Below are positions 36,899-48,470 of a stretch of DNA of 64,000 nt, piece by piece. Made by a program: the position numbers and the translations under genes. A model generated the notes under the pieces. That model did not search any database. It was not told where the DNA came from and worked only from the letters and a program-made list of their open reading frames with translations. The first letter of the stretch is position 1, and each line of letters starts with the position of its first letter. This DNA comes from Gonapodya sp. JEL0774 (taxonomy: Eukaryota). The stretch covers positions 62,001 through 126,000 of the forward strand of contig JADIIX010000013.1 of the NCBI GenBank assembly GCA_027604505.1, given 5' to 3'.

Positions 36899-39823
36899 AT
36901 GGCTCGAATTTTGACGCCGCGATGGCTTCAGAGACCTCGACCATTGTTCTTAGCTCTCATCGTTTCTCTGGGTGCACTTACTTTCTTGGTGTCGAAGAAC
37001 GCCCGTGGGCTGAGAGCTGACCCTTGGTTAACACGCAAGGACGTCTCTCATAAAGCCCGGCAACTGCGAACAGAGCACCGCACAGAAGCATACGTACCGC
37101 ACAGCCGTGATGACATCGGGCCGCCACACAAGAGGGTTTCTGACCTCGATTGCAGGAAAGAGACATTCACCTGCCTCATCACGAATCTCTACACAATTAA
37201 TGGCGTACATCACGTATTCCTTCGCTCGAACAGCCCCGTTTTCGATGACCCTGCTTGGTGGAATGGGTCTATCGGGATGGCCACTGGAATTGGGTTTGGT
37301 AGTCCATCTTTTCGATTTCTGGCAGACTGCTCAGAAGTGGATTGGAGAGCTGCGTTGTCACAAGCACGGGAGGTATGGAAAAGGGAAATGACTGGAACCG
37401 CAGAGCTGGAAAGGTATCCGGAGGGGAAGCCTTGGATCCATCCTTATCCCCACTGTGATCCTGACAATCCAAATCCCCCCGCATATCTTCCACCCACAAA
37501 TCAGACAGCTTTCTTCCCAATATACATCCATCGCAAACCACCACCAGTATCATTGCCTGAATCTACACGCTTTTACAGGCAACCGGTTTTGTTTATGTCC
37601 CTGCTATGGGACAACCTCTTTCGGACAATCTACGCTGGGGTGGCTGGATGGTACACTCTGATGGACTACAAAGTCTTCTTTCCAAATCGACATCGTATCG
37701 TCCTTGTCGATCCAACGAAGCCCCGAAAGTTTCTCTCAATTTTGCAACTGGTGGCACCAGAACCGTTGGTGTGGATCGATGACCCTCAAGAAAGAAATTC
37801 TCTGTACCGGACGGCTGTCGTTGGTTTGTCGAAAGACTCACATGTCGCAGAAATTCACGTTGAACGGGCGGAGGATTGGCGGTTTGGGCTTCGGAGAGAA
37901 GCGTTCAAATCATTCTGCGGAACACTCAAAGAAAAGGTTCTGTCGGCTCCGTCGTTGAGCCAATCAGGCTATTCAGTAAACGAAGGCATGGATTCGATGA
38001 GTCCCTCTTTAGAGTCCCAGGACAGATTACCGCAACTACTGTTGTTACACCGAAACGTTGGAACGCGAGCAATCTTGAACGAAAAATCGCTCATACAGCG
38101 TCTACAACAATATCCGGTGAGATTGAAGGTGAAAACGTTTGAGAATCTGAATCACCGGCAGCAGATGGTCCAAATCAACTCGACAGACATTCTCGTGGCA
38201 ACGCATGGTGCAGGATTGGTCCACGTCTTGTTTCTACGACAGGGCAGCAAAGTAGTGGAGATATTTCCTTACGGTTTTCGAAAGACGATTTTCCAGAACC
38301 TCTGCCGGATCATGGGGCTGACCTATATGTACTATCAGAACACCCGCTTGGAGGACTCCCGCTTCAATCTCAAGTACGTGGAGAGCCATCGTTTTACAGA
38401 CATGCCTATCGATGAGATACTGGGTCGCCCAATCGACTGGAACAATATGGACTCCAAGAACTTGTGGCGAAACCAGGATACTAGAATCTCTTTAACCGAG
38501 CTCGATCGAATCATGGATATTTTGTTCAGGCAAATGAGATCTCAGACCGGTGACGATCGATATCTCATGATGATGCCTTGGGAGCAGTTCAACAACCAAG
38601 TTACGGGTTTCAAATCTGCATGCGCTGTGGCAACCATGACAGATCGGACACTTGTGTTGCCGCATCTGGGATACCGATTTAAGTACACTCCACCACCCGG
38701 TACCAACACAACCAACAGTACCGGATCACCTCAATCATACTATTACAATCCGCTCGACTTTGTTTGGCATGCGTTCGATCGCTACTTTGATTCTCGCACT
38801 CTGTCCATTCGATTGCCTTGTCGTTATGTTACGATGGAAAACTTCATCTCCCTCAATGCGGAGAGGTCGATTGGAGATGTGCATTATCATTCCCTGGGTA
38901 ATGACACCAGTCGAGAGCAACTTGTCGAGTACTACAAGGATGTTGTGGCGATGCCCTTTGACGATGTTGTGGAAGACCACAACACATATTATCACCTTAC
39001 CATGCAGCAAATCGTCGCGCTCCACGGCTCGGATCACTCCCGCGTTCTGGCGCTTGGAAGCATGTTCTGGTACTATAACTTTGGAATAAAGCCGGAGTAT
39101 CCGTTGACCAAGATGTATCCTTATCTTGGGGTTCACGATGGTGGAAGAAGCGCTGATGATGGGCTATATCGAAGAATAACCGAGGCGCTTGAGTATCGAG
39201 ATGACCTCGTGAAGTTCGCAGACCGCGGCCTGGAAGGTATTAGACGCGGAAAGAATCAGTTTGAAGGATCTAGGATATCAGGCTTAATTGAGCCTACACC
39301 AGCCTCCATGAGATTGGTCTGCGTGCACGCGCGGCGGGGTGACTATGCCGCCAAGTGTCGCTCCTTGGCTGAGTTACGCACCAACGAGAAAACGAATCTC
39401 GTGGAAAGCTGCTGGCAAAACGAAGCCTTAATATCTAAGAAAGTTAACGAGGAGTTCCCTGCTGGGCTGTTCCCCGCGGTTTATGTTGCCACCGATCAGT
39501 ACGGAGATGGACATGGAGCACGACGATTCCGGAGAGTGCTGGAGGAACATTTGACAAGAAATGAACATTTGAGACAACAAAGGGAGAGTGTAGGGTTCAT
39601 GGTTGCATCGGATCAGCGACATCGGACGGTCCTGTTTCACGAGAACATACTCGCTGGCTTCACCGCCTCGGAGGTGGCAGCGTTAGACCCTAACGAGCGG
39701 TCGATTATTGATCAGTTGATATGTGCGAAATCTGAGGGATTTATAGGAAATTTGCATAGTTCGTGGAGCCGGAGGGTCGTTGAAATGAGGGAGCTGGCTG
39801 GGCGTGCATGGACTGTGTTTTGA
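36899..39823 (+). CDS. Intronless type II membrane bifunctional glycosyltransferase: GT61 (EOGT/POMGNT2/xylosyltransferase-like) + O-fucosyltransferase (POFUT/O-FucT-like) domain
   Basis: Anchor LFLALIVSLGALTFLVS. GT61: RAILNE...QQMVQINSTDILVATHGAGLVHVLFLRQGSKVVEIFPYG. O-FucT: EQFNNQVTGFKSACAVATMTDRTLVLP, CVHARRGDY, VYVATD, IIDQLICAKSEGFIGNLHSSWSRRVVEMR. Confidence 0.9.
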   Translation: MARILTPRWLQRPRPLFLALIVSLGALTFLVSKNARGLRADPWLTRKDVSHKARQLRTEHRTEAYVPHSRDDIGPPHKRVSDLDCRKETFTCLITNLYTINGVHHVFLRSNSPVFDDPAWWNGSIGMATGIGFGSPSFRFLADCSEVDWRAALSQAREVWKREMTGTAELERYPEGKPWIHPYPHCDPDNPNPPAYLPPTNQTAFFPIYIHRKPPPVSLPESTRFYRQPVLFMSLLWDNLFRTIYAGVAGWYTLMDYKVFFPNRHRIVLVDPTKPRKFLSILQLVAPEPLVWIDDPQERNSLYRTAVVGLSKDSHVAEIHVERAEDWRFGLRREAFKSFCGTLKEKVLSAPSLSQSGYSVNEGMDSMSPSLESQDRLPQLLLLHRNVGTRAILNEKSLIQRLQQYPVRLKVKTFENLNHRQQMVQINSTDILVATHGAGLVHVLFLRQGSKVVEIFPYGFRKTIFQNLCRIMGLTYMYYQNTRLEDSRFNLKYVESHRFTDMPIDEILGRPIDWNNMDSKNLWRNQDTRISLTELDRIMDILFRQMRSQTGDDRYLMMMPWEQFNNQVTGFKSACAVATMTDRTLVLPHLGYRFKYTPPPGTNTTNSTGSPQSYYYNPLDFVWHAFDRYFDSRTLSIRLPCRYVTMENFISLNAERSIGDVHYHSLGNDTSREQLVEYYKDVVAMPFDDVVEDHNTYYHLTMQQIVALHGSDHSRVLALGSMFWYYNFGIKPEYPLTKMYPYLGVHDGGRSADDGLYRRITEALEYRDDLVKFADRGLEGIRRGKNQFEGSRISGLIEPTPASMRLVCVHARRGDYAAKCRSLAELRTNEKTNLVESCWQNEALISKKVNEEFPAGLFPAVYVATDQYGDGHGARRFRRVLEEHLTRNEHLRQQRESVGFMVASDQRHRTVLFHENILAGFTASEVAALDPNERSIIDQLICAKSEGFIGNLHSSWSRRVVEMRELAGRAWTVF

Positions 39824-40084
39824 ACTATTTCAGAACGATTTGAGCCGGAAACCTGTGCAATTAAAATAACATTCGGAATGACTGCCAGATCACAGTATGT
39901 AGTTGGGGAAGAACCACTTCAATCAGGCTCTCAGGGTTGATGAGCAAAGTCACGTGATCGCATTGCTTCTCCTCTCTTGCAACGTTGCTGAAACGGACTG
40001 AAAGTGTTGATGATGCCGATTGCGAAGACGATCAACACTATGCAGGGATCAGGTCACCTGTGCTTCAAAAACGAGCCATCACCA

Positions 40085-40896
40085 ATGTCCAAACCCATCA
40101 ACGTGATTGTTGCCGCCACCGAAAATGGTGGCATCGGTGCTCGAGGAACCATCCCATGGCGTCTCAAAAGGGACATGCTGTACTTCCGGCACGTCACCAC
40201 TCTCTTCTCCGAAACCACGGGCACCGTCCGGTCTCTTTCAAGCGGCGAAAACGTCGGAACAACGGGCACCGACGAGCGGCCGATCAACGCTGTGATCATG
40301 GGTCGAAAGACGTGGGATTCGATTCCGGTCAAGTTTCGACCGCTGCCGGACAGAGTTAACGTCGTCATAACGTCGCGGTGGAAGGAGATGCAGGAGGAGT
40401 GAGTTGGCAAAGGCGGAATGTGTGCTTTGGATGGCTCTGATGGCTCTTTGTGGGGATTTACGCTTCACGCTGTCGCGCGATGTGAAGGAATCGTCCAGCG
40501 TCGACACCAATCTTTCAACCCAGCCTTCCCTCTGCCCTTTCCCACCTCTCAACCATTCCCGAGCTCGACGCAATATTCGTAATTGGCGGAGCTCGATTGT
40601 ACGCAGACGCTCTCGGTCACCCGCTCTGCCGCCGAGTGTTTTTGACAAGGGTGTGGCGCACCGGATGTAGACGTGACCCGCCTTCGGACGCACCCACTAG
40701 TACCGCAAGTCAACTACAAACTCAGGAAACCAGCAGTGGTTGGGACTTTGACACCTACTTTCCGGCGTTGGGAGCGGAGTGGACAGAGACCGAAGAGGCT
40801 GTGGAGAGAGTCACGCAACGAAAATACAACTCGTCGGCGGGCGAGGAAAACGGAGTCGGATATAGATTCACAGTATTGGAACGAGAACAACGATGA
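40085..40896 (+). CDS. DFR1: Dihydrofolate reductase (multi-exon)
   Basis: IVAATENGGIGARGTIPWRLKRDMLYF; NAVIMGRKTWDSIPVKFRPLPDRVNVVITS; IFVIGGARLY; VFLTRV; FDTYFP; EENGVGYRF. Confidence 0.95.
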
Positions 40897-40924
40897 TATG
40901 ATACTACATGTGTGCGGGAGACTT

Positions 40925-41665
40925 TTACACCGGCGCCCCCATATTTACAAAAGATACCAGTATCCCGAACCCTAGAGCATTTGCGACCGAATTGATTCTC
41001 GTGAGCAGAAACCCCAGTGCACCGATCCCTCGAGGGACGAACCAAACATCGCTACACCCACCCAAAAACGCGCTCGCGGGAATGGCGAGTGACAGTTCTC
41101 GAGCGAGGGAGCGGGAGTATCTCGTTTGCGTGACCTCGTAGCTATGTACAGCCGAATCGTCAGGGAAGGGGGAAGGTGGATCGTGAATGAATGAGGTGTG
41201 GGAGGGGCGGTGAACGACGAGGGAGGAGGGCGATGAGGTCTCTCCTGCCAACGATCTGCCTTCTTTGCAAAATAGCATTCATCGTTCTCAATGTGAGCAA
41301 CCCGGCCATTTAGAGTTCATTCCGTGAATCGTCTCGTTCATGAGCACTCGAGAAAATGCTCGTCACAGTTTGGCATCTCCACGGTCCATTCCGAACTTGA
41401 CCAGCCTCCACCACGTCACATTTCACCCGTCCGAGAAAGCAAGCTGAACTCACATCATGAACGCCGATGCTAGAGCAAATCCCGTGAGGAGGAGGAAGAA
41501 CGAGAGGGTGGAAGCGTCCACGGGCAGGGGAGGCTTGAACGGGACGAGTTTCTCAGAGGACTTGCAGCGGGGAGAGATGGGGTGCAAGGGGAAAACAGAG
41601 AGAAGAAGAGAAGGGGTGTCTCAGGGGGATTGGAATCTTTGGAGAGCGCGGGGGGGACGCACCAT
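40925..41665 (-). CDS. TMEM258: Oligosaccharyltransferase small subunit TMEM258/Ost5 (UPF0197; multi-exon, ATG-only first coding exon)
   Basis: Spliced product M|SSEKLVPFKPPLPVDASTLSFFLLLTGFALASAFMI|YEVTQTRYSRSLARELSLAIPASAFL|GFGILVSFVNMGAPV* matches the YEVT..R....EL.....AS.F.GFG........G..V signature. Confidence 0.85.
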
Positions 41666-42031
41666 GTGGGTGAGTTGGGGGGGTGGCAATCAAGAATGAA
41701 GTGTGCCGTGTGTGCATCGGCACTCCCCACACATTCGAACGCTTACAGGACACAGCATCTGTCACATTTCAAAGAACATTATCGTTACGGGTACAATACG
41801 AGTGGAAAATTTCACAAGTCCACCGGCCCAACCACACCGGCGCATCCTACAATAAATCTGCGCAGGGGGGGGCTAAAGATGCTGCTCTTCCACTAGGATC
41901 TCAGTGCCATCAACGAGTCCCACAGAGTTCATACAGGGCAAGGGCAGCGATGTCCGCGTGAGAGCTTAACCGGAATTTCGGAGCTCCAAAGGCGCAATAA
42001 GGGAACTCAGAGTGTACGAGAGGCAGGCTTT

Positions 42032-42739
42032 CTATCCCCATACTTGTCCACCATCGTGATTCCCCCGCCGGAAAGTCTCCTTTTTATGCCGGCCCTTTGC
42101 CCTTCCCCCCATCCCCTCCGGTCCCCCCGCCATGCGCCCCATGGTCGTGGTCGTGGTCATGCCCGTGCCCATTCCCGTTCCCATGGCCCCCCTCCCCTTC
42201 CCCCTCTCCATGTCCGTGCCCATGTCCATGCCCATGATGCTTCCGCCTGCTCTTGAACCTCGGTTGCCGCTCGTACGCGTTGGGTTTCGTGGGGTCGTCT
42301 TCCCCTGACGACGACTCGGTGTCGGATCCCTGGTCGGGGGTCCAGGCTGGGTGGTAGATGCAGCATACTGGAGATCGACCGGGGAGTCGCAAATGGCGGT
42401 GGAGTTGGGTGTGAAGTTGGGGGGACCGGGGGGTAGAGAGAGAGGGTGAGGACCAATGCCTCATTATAACGACCGTCGCTTGCCCCAGGTCCCGTTTCCC
42501 CCTCTCTGAGCCCATCCCGCCGCCTCGGGGCAAGACTCACTCTTTGACTTTTTCCTGCCCATGCCTTCATTGTCCTTGACCCCCTCGCCCCATCTCACGT
42601 TCCTGCCCTGTTCGCGCGCTGTGAGGTGGAGTGTACCCACGGGCACAGCAAAGGACTCCGCTGTGGGAGGATTCGCGGTGATGGTTTGGGTGATTGTTGC
42701 TGATGGGGTTGAGGTAGTGGGGGGTTGCTGGGTGGTCAT
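42032..42739 (-). CDS. YPI1: PP1 inhibitor-3 / Ypi1 (PPP1R11)
   Basis: GTLHLTAR..RNVRWGEGVKDNEGMGRKKSK|xCCIYHP..SDTESSS..PNAYERQP, followed by a His/Gly tail. Confidence 0.92.
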
Positions 42740-44104
42740 GCTTTGGGAGATTGGCCAGCCTTGTCTGTGGAGACTGCATGCTTTCTGTCGAACTCGGTTG
42801 GCCGAACAGACACATCACTCAGGAACCCAAACTGTAACACCCGTAAACTAAACAACGAGCCTATAACATAAACAACGAGACAGACCGAACAGATACCTCC
42901 ACCCTCAACCCGTCCACCCCGCCCCCCTTCTCCTCGCCAACCCAACATGTGTTGTTTACCGGCTCCTCAGTTAACCATACAAGCGACTTCACCTATACAG
43001 CATACGACACTCAGTTCGAAAACCCCCGCCCACGTGGCACCCCCGAGCTCAAAGCACGTACACAGGTATACATGTGCACGCGACAATGTGTTACGCAACC
43101 CCCGCAAAGGGATCCGAACCGACCCGACCCGATCCGCACGCACGCACGGGCGCACTCTCAACTGGTATGAGAGGCCCCTTCGCCATTTGGCAGGGTAGGT
43201 GGCCGGCTGGCTGGCTGGCTGACTGGATCCAGCCACATCGGAACAGACGATTCGATGCGTGCCATAGGCCGTATTAGGTTTGGTTCAAAAGAAGAGAATC
43301 GATCGTATAGTGTCAGTTCAGTGTTTGGCGTGGATGGAGGGGGGCGAGGGGTGCGGGTGGGGCGGCGGCAGTGGGTGGTGACCCAGGATGCGGAGGTAGA
43401 ACGCGGGTTCCAACGAGCGTCGCAGAGAGGACTCATAGCATATTTGCTAATCAGATACGCTGGAATACAAGGATTATTGGTTACAGACAATGAACGTGTG
43501 CCGGCGTGCGTCTGGATCTCCCAAAAGCACAAGTATCGGCACGCAGTCCTAGTTTTCAATGAAGATTCAAAACTCGATGTTTCAGGGGCACAAATCGAGC
43601 ATCACGCTCAGATTTCTTCGTCCTCGCCGTTTCTGTGTCTGTTCGAGGTCACCCTCCTACATATACTTCGTACCTGAGCAACTAGCTCGCCCGATCTCTT
43701 AGTTACGGGCGAACAGCGAGCGGTCGACTTTATTGCAATACTCATAGTGCCACCGCAAACTCGGGAAGAATATGTACGTGGATCGCCTCAATGTTTGCTT
43801 AGGGAGTTGCGGGGAAATGTCAACAAATAATATATGCGGCCAGATTGGGACGCGATCAAACAGCGATCAAACCCGACGACAGTCCAGGAGAACGGAGGGT
43901 CGGGCGATTCATTCCACGACTGCCTCGCAGGAGAGGTGACCGTGAAGATATGTCCAATTACATGCTTTATGCCTTGGTAATGTGTATCCAGCCCAATATA
44001 TTCTCTTCCACCATATCCACCCCGGCATCATGGATATAAATTCGACCTCCCATGCGGCATCCCAGAATATATTCTTCCTTCTCCTAGGTAACGACGACAC
44101 CATC

Positions 44105-47100
44105 ATGGATCGATCGTGGAGGATCCGTAACGTCGCGGTCGTTATTGGGGCGATATGGTGCGTTGGGTGGACCTGCGCGCAAGGGGTCACAACTCCTACC
44201 CCCACCACCACGAGGACAGCTACAACGCCGACGGCACTGACGACGACGACGACACGGACGATAACGACGACAACGAAGACGACGACGTCGACGAAAACGG
44301 CTACGACGACGTGAGTGCAAGGAGGTGCTGCGGCGAGATCTAGTGCACACTGTCTCATTGCTTGAGAACACTCGAAAACACACCGGACACACAGATCTCC
44401 TGCCCCTACGGGCGGAGTCACCGCATACTGGTGCACGACTCGAGGCGGTACCGTCAGCAACGGATTTTGCAACATCAACACAATCTACGGGTCGTCCAGC
44501 TTCAACATCGTACCCGATGGCCTGCCCATGTGAGTGAAACCGCCGAGCATGTCTTTCCACCTTTGCTCGTTCCCACACAAACTCACGACACTGTCGCTTG
44601 ACTGCCACTCAAAGTACCTCGGCATCCGCTACTTCTAATGGTTGGACCATCATCAATACCCGTGCGGTTCGTCTGGTGTCGTTCACAGGCTCGTGGTTCG
44701 AAGCCATGCAGCACGCGGCGTCGTTTTATGGGGTACGTATCACGCATATCCCCTCGATCATCGGGGGGTTGGGTCGACTTGACTGCGTCCTGAGAACTTG
44801 ATGCACACGAACACATATATAGGGTGAACTCGCATGCCCGAGGAGTGCGAGTGATCAGACAGCCATTTGGACTCAGATTGTCCATGGGGTTATCGCGAAC
44901 ACAGTCATTTGGATGGGGGCTGATGACTTTGTTGCTGTGAGTTACCACTTCGTGATCTCGCTCTTGCATTTTTCACGAAGTTGTCTGAACTTTTATGGCC
45001 ATGATTAAGCCCACAACATTCAGATTCTCCACATCGTATGGCGGAAATGCCGTTGGAAGCTTTAGTTGGAGATCGGGTGAGCCAAGCAACACCCAATTCA
45101 ACGAGAGATGCTTCCAAATGTGAGTTGCCAATTTTCTAAGTTGAGAATGAGAGGAATTGGCTCCATGTACAAAACATTTAACGAAGCTACGCTAACGACG
45201 GAACTGGCAACGATGGTGTCTGTGTGGGCCCAGTTGTCAGCTACTATATTGTCGAGAGGAGAATAGAAGCGTGAGTCACGAGGAGTCTTTTCTGTCGTTA
45301 TATCTTAACGAAGAACTCCGCCTTACAACATAGTGTCAGCATTCCGGGTGGAGTGACGTCATCCTGGTGCACAAGCCGTGGTGGGACCGTCTACACCAAC
45401 GGAGTCTGTAGCATCAATACAATCTATGGCAACGAGATCCCTATCATTCCTGACGGACAGCGGATGTGAGTGACGTTTGTCGTGCATCGCTTCTTACTCC
45501 TTTTTTCTCAACGGAACCTCGGATTGCTTTTCTAGAACTGCCCAAGACGCCGCCGCCGGTGGTTGGACCCTCGTAAACGGTCGCTTTGTGAAATTAATAC
45601 AGAAGACGGCCAACTGGTTTCAGGCTATGCAGGATGCGTCATTGACTTGGGGAGTGAGTAAATGCAATGCCGAGGACAAACGCCGATCTTTCAATGAGGA
45701 GCTATCTCGACACTAAATCTTGGCATGCTGTAGGGAGAGCTTGCGTTTCCTTTGAATTCGAGCGACCAGACAGCCATTTATAACGCTGTTTTAAGTGGTG
45801 TCGGCAATGCCCTCAGCGTCTGGATGGGAGCGGACGATTTCGTCACGGTGAGCTTGAAATCTTTTAATAATGCTCTTCACCACTCACAACTGGATCCTGC
45901 GTGTTGTGAATACTCAAACACTCAACACAGCTACTTACTTTTTGGGCTTCAACCTCGTATGGTGGCAATGCAATCGCAGACCTTATTTGGTATGACGGCG
46001 AGCCTAACAACTTTCTATCACAAGAGAGATGCTTTGCACTGTGCGTTGGGACTCGCCTATTTCTGCTGACTAAGGACGAAATAACTAAACACTAATGACT
46101 CGGATATAGATACGGTCCTGCAAACACCGTTGCTGGTGCACCCGGAAAAGGAAATGATGATAATTGTGGGAACTCGCAATTACTCTATTACATCGTGGAA
46201 AGGAGGTTGTTACCGTGAGTGCTTTGAGCTGCTAGAACTCTACCTTGGTTTCTTCTGACTTCATATCCGTAGGACCACCACTACACTGACGTGAGTAAGA
46301 GCAAAACGAGATGTCGCTCCATAGTCCACTTTGGTTGATATCATCTGAATACAGCACTACCACAAAAACACTTACAACCTCCACGACATCTTTCACACGA
46401 ACGACAACCACAATAACAACCACGACTTCTGAAACGACAACAACAACGACATACACGACGACAATAGTGTGGGTTTGTGTGGATTTTGCGCGTCTCTGTC
46501 AGTTTGCTTCGAGCCTCACTACCGTGAATTAGCCCCACTCCGATTTCTGGCGGAGTTACTGCCTATTGGTGCACCTCCCGCGGTGGGACAATCGTTCAGC
46601 AAATTGGAACGAATAATCCAACGTGCAGCATCAATACTATCTATGGCAACGAAATTGACATCGTCTCGGGCGGCCAGTACATGTGAGGAAGAACGCGAGC
46701 TTGTATTTTGCAATCGGCTGATTCTCACGCGTTTGATCGACGGCTCAGCACAATCGATGCCGCCAATGCTGATGGCTGGACCTTTGTCAATGGTCGTTTT
46801 GTCAAATTAATACAGAAGACGGGCAACTGGTTTCAGGCTATGCAGGATGCGTCAGTGACTTGGGGAGTGAGTACGTGCAAGGTCGAGAGCGAATGCCCCT
46901 CCGTCCATACGAAGTTTATTTGACACTAAATCTTGACATACTCTAGGGAGAGCTTGCGTGTCCTTTGAATCAGAGCGACCAAACAGACATTTACAACGCT
47001 CTTTTAAGTGGTGTCGGTAATGCGCTCAGCGTCTGGATGGGTGCGGACGATTTCGTCACGGTGAGCTTGAAATCTCTTTCTAACGCTCTTCACCACTCAC

Positions 47101-48244
47101 AACTGGATCCTGCGTACTGTGAATACTCAAACACTCAACACAGCTACTTACTTTTTGGGCTTCAACCTCGTATGGTGGCAATGCAATCGCAGACCTTATT
47201 TGGTATGACGGCGAGCCTAACAACTTTCTATCACAAGAGAGATGCTTTGCACTGTGCGTTGGGACTCGCCTATTTCTGCTGACTAAGGACGAAATAACTA
47301 AACACTAATGACTCGGATATAGATACGGTCCTGCAAACACCGTTGCTGGTGCTCCTGGAAAAGGCAATGATGAAAACTGTGTGAACTCGCAATTACTCTA
47401 TTACATCGTGGAAAGGAGATTGTTACCGTGAGTGCTTTGAATTGCTAGAACTCTACCTTGGTTTCTTCTGACTTCATATCCGCAGGACCACCACCACTCT
47501 GACGTGAGTAAGGCCAGCAACAGATGTTGGGCTCCATTGTGCACATTCATTGGTATCATATAAACACAGCGCTACCCCAAGATCCACGACTTCTGAAATG
47601 TTCCCTACCACCACCGAATCTTCCACGACGGCCGGCCCTCCGAGCACTACGACTTCCATGACTCTCACACAAAGGGCCACGACGTCAGCTACCAAAACGT
47701 GAGTGCTTTGAATTGCTAGAACGCTACCTTTGCTTCTTCTGACTTCATATCCGCAGGGCCACCACCACTCTGACGTGAGTAAGAGCAGCAACAGATGCTT
47801 GGCTCCATTGTCCACATTCATTGATATCATCTAAACACAGCACTACCCCAAGATCCACGACTTCTGAAACGCTCCCTACCACCACCGAATCTTCCACGAC
47901 GGCCGGCCCTCCGAGCACTACGACTTCCATGACTCTCACACAAAGGGCCACGACGTCAGCTACCAAAACGTGAGTGCTTTGAATTGCTAGAACGCTACCT
48001 TTGCTTCTTCTGACTTCATATCGGCAGGATCACCACCACTCTGACGTGAGTAAGAGGAGCATCAGATGCTTGGCTCCATTGTCCACATTCATTGATATCA
48101 TCTAAACACAGCGCTACCCCAAGATCCACGACTTCTGAAATGCTCCCTACCACCACCGAATCTTCCACGACGGCCGGCCCTCCGAGCACTACCACTTCCG
48201 TGACTCTCACACAAACGGCCACGACGTCAGCTACCAAAGCGTGA
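44105..48244 (+). CDS. Secreted multi-C-type-lectin-domain protein, copy A (signal peptide, 3 CTLDs, Thr-rich repeats; no TM seen, possibly truncated)
   Basis: Signal MDRSWRIRNVAVVIGAIWCVGWTCAQ. Three spliced units, e.g. NWFQAMQDA..WG|GELAFP..DQTAIY..VWMGADDFVT|..WYDGEPNNFLSQERCFAL|..GNDDNCGNSQLLYYIVER. Read-through stop TGA at ~48242-48244. Confidence 0.78.
47428..48240 (+). repeat. Three tandem 271-bp intron/exon cassettes (intron + 18-nt micro-exon + intron + Thr/Ser-rich exon)
   Basis: gtgagtgctttgaattgctagaac starts at 47428, 47699 and 47970. The units are near-identical. Confidence 0.95.
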
Positions 48245-48325
48245 GGAACCACATTGGCACCCGGTGGCGAATCATTTGCAACAGCTTTATTGTTACGGGT
48301 ATAATACAAGTAAAAATTTGCGCCA

Positions 48326-48470
48326 TTCGCCCCCTCTCATATTGCTCCCCGGTTCGCGCGGTGAGGTGGAGTGTACCCACGGCAAACGACTCCGCTGTGG
48401 GTGGATCCGCGGTGATGGTTTGAGTGATGGTTACTGAGGGTGGAGTGGTGGGGGGTTGCGGGGTGGTCAT
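48326..48470 (-). pseudogene. 5' remnant of a duplicated YPI1 gene
   Basis: Encodes MTTPQPPTTPPSVTITQTITADPPTAESFAVGTLHLTAR, highly similar to YPI1 at 42585-42739. Breaks off in the RVxW region and is joined to sequence resembling 41779-41812. Confidence 0.85.

Noticed and set aside
7652..42739. Two PP1 regulators (CBM21 subunit and YPI1) as a functional cluster
   Set aside because: They are about 28 kb apart with unrelated genes between. Chance co-location is sufficient.
47428..48240. Regular repeats as a CRISPR-like array
   Set aside because: The units are 271-bp near-identical intron/exon cassettes without unique spacers, in a eukaryotic gene context.
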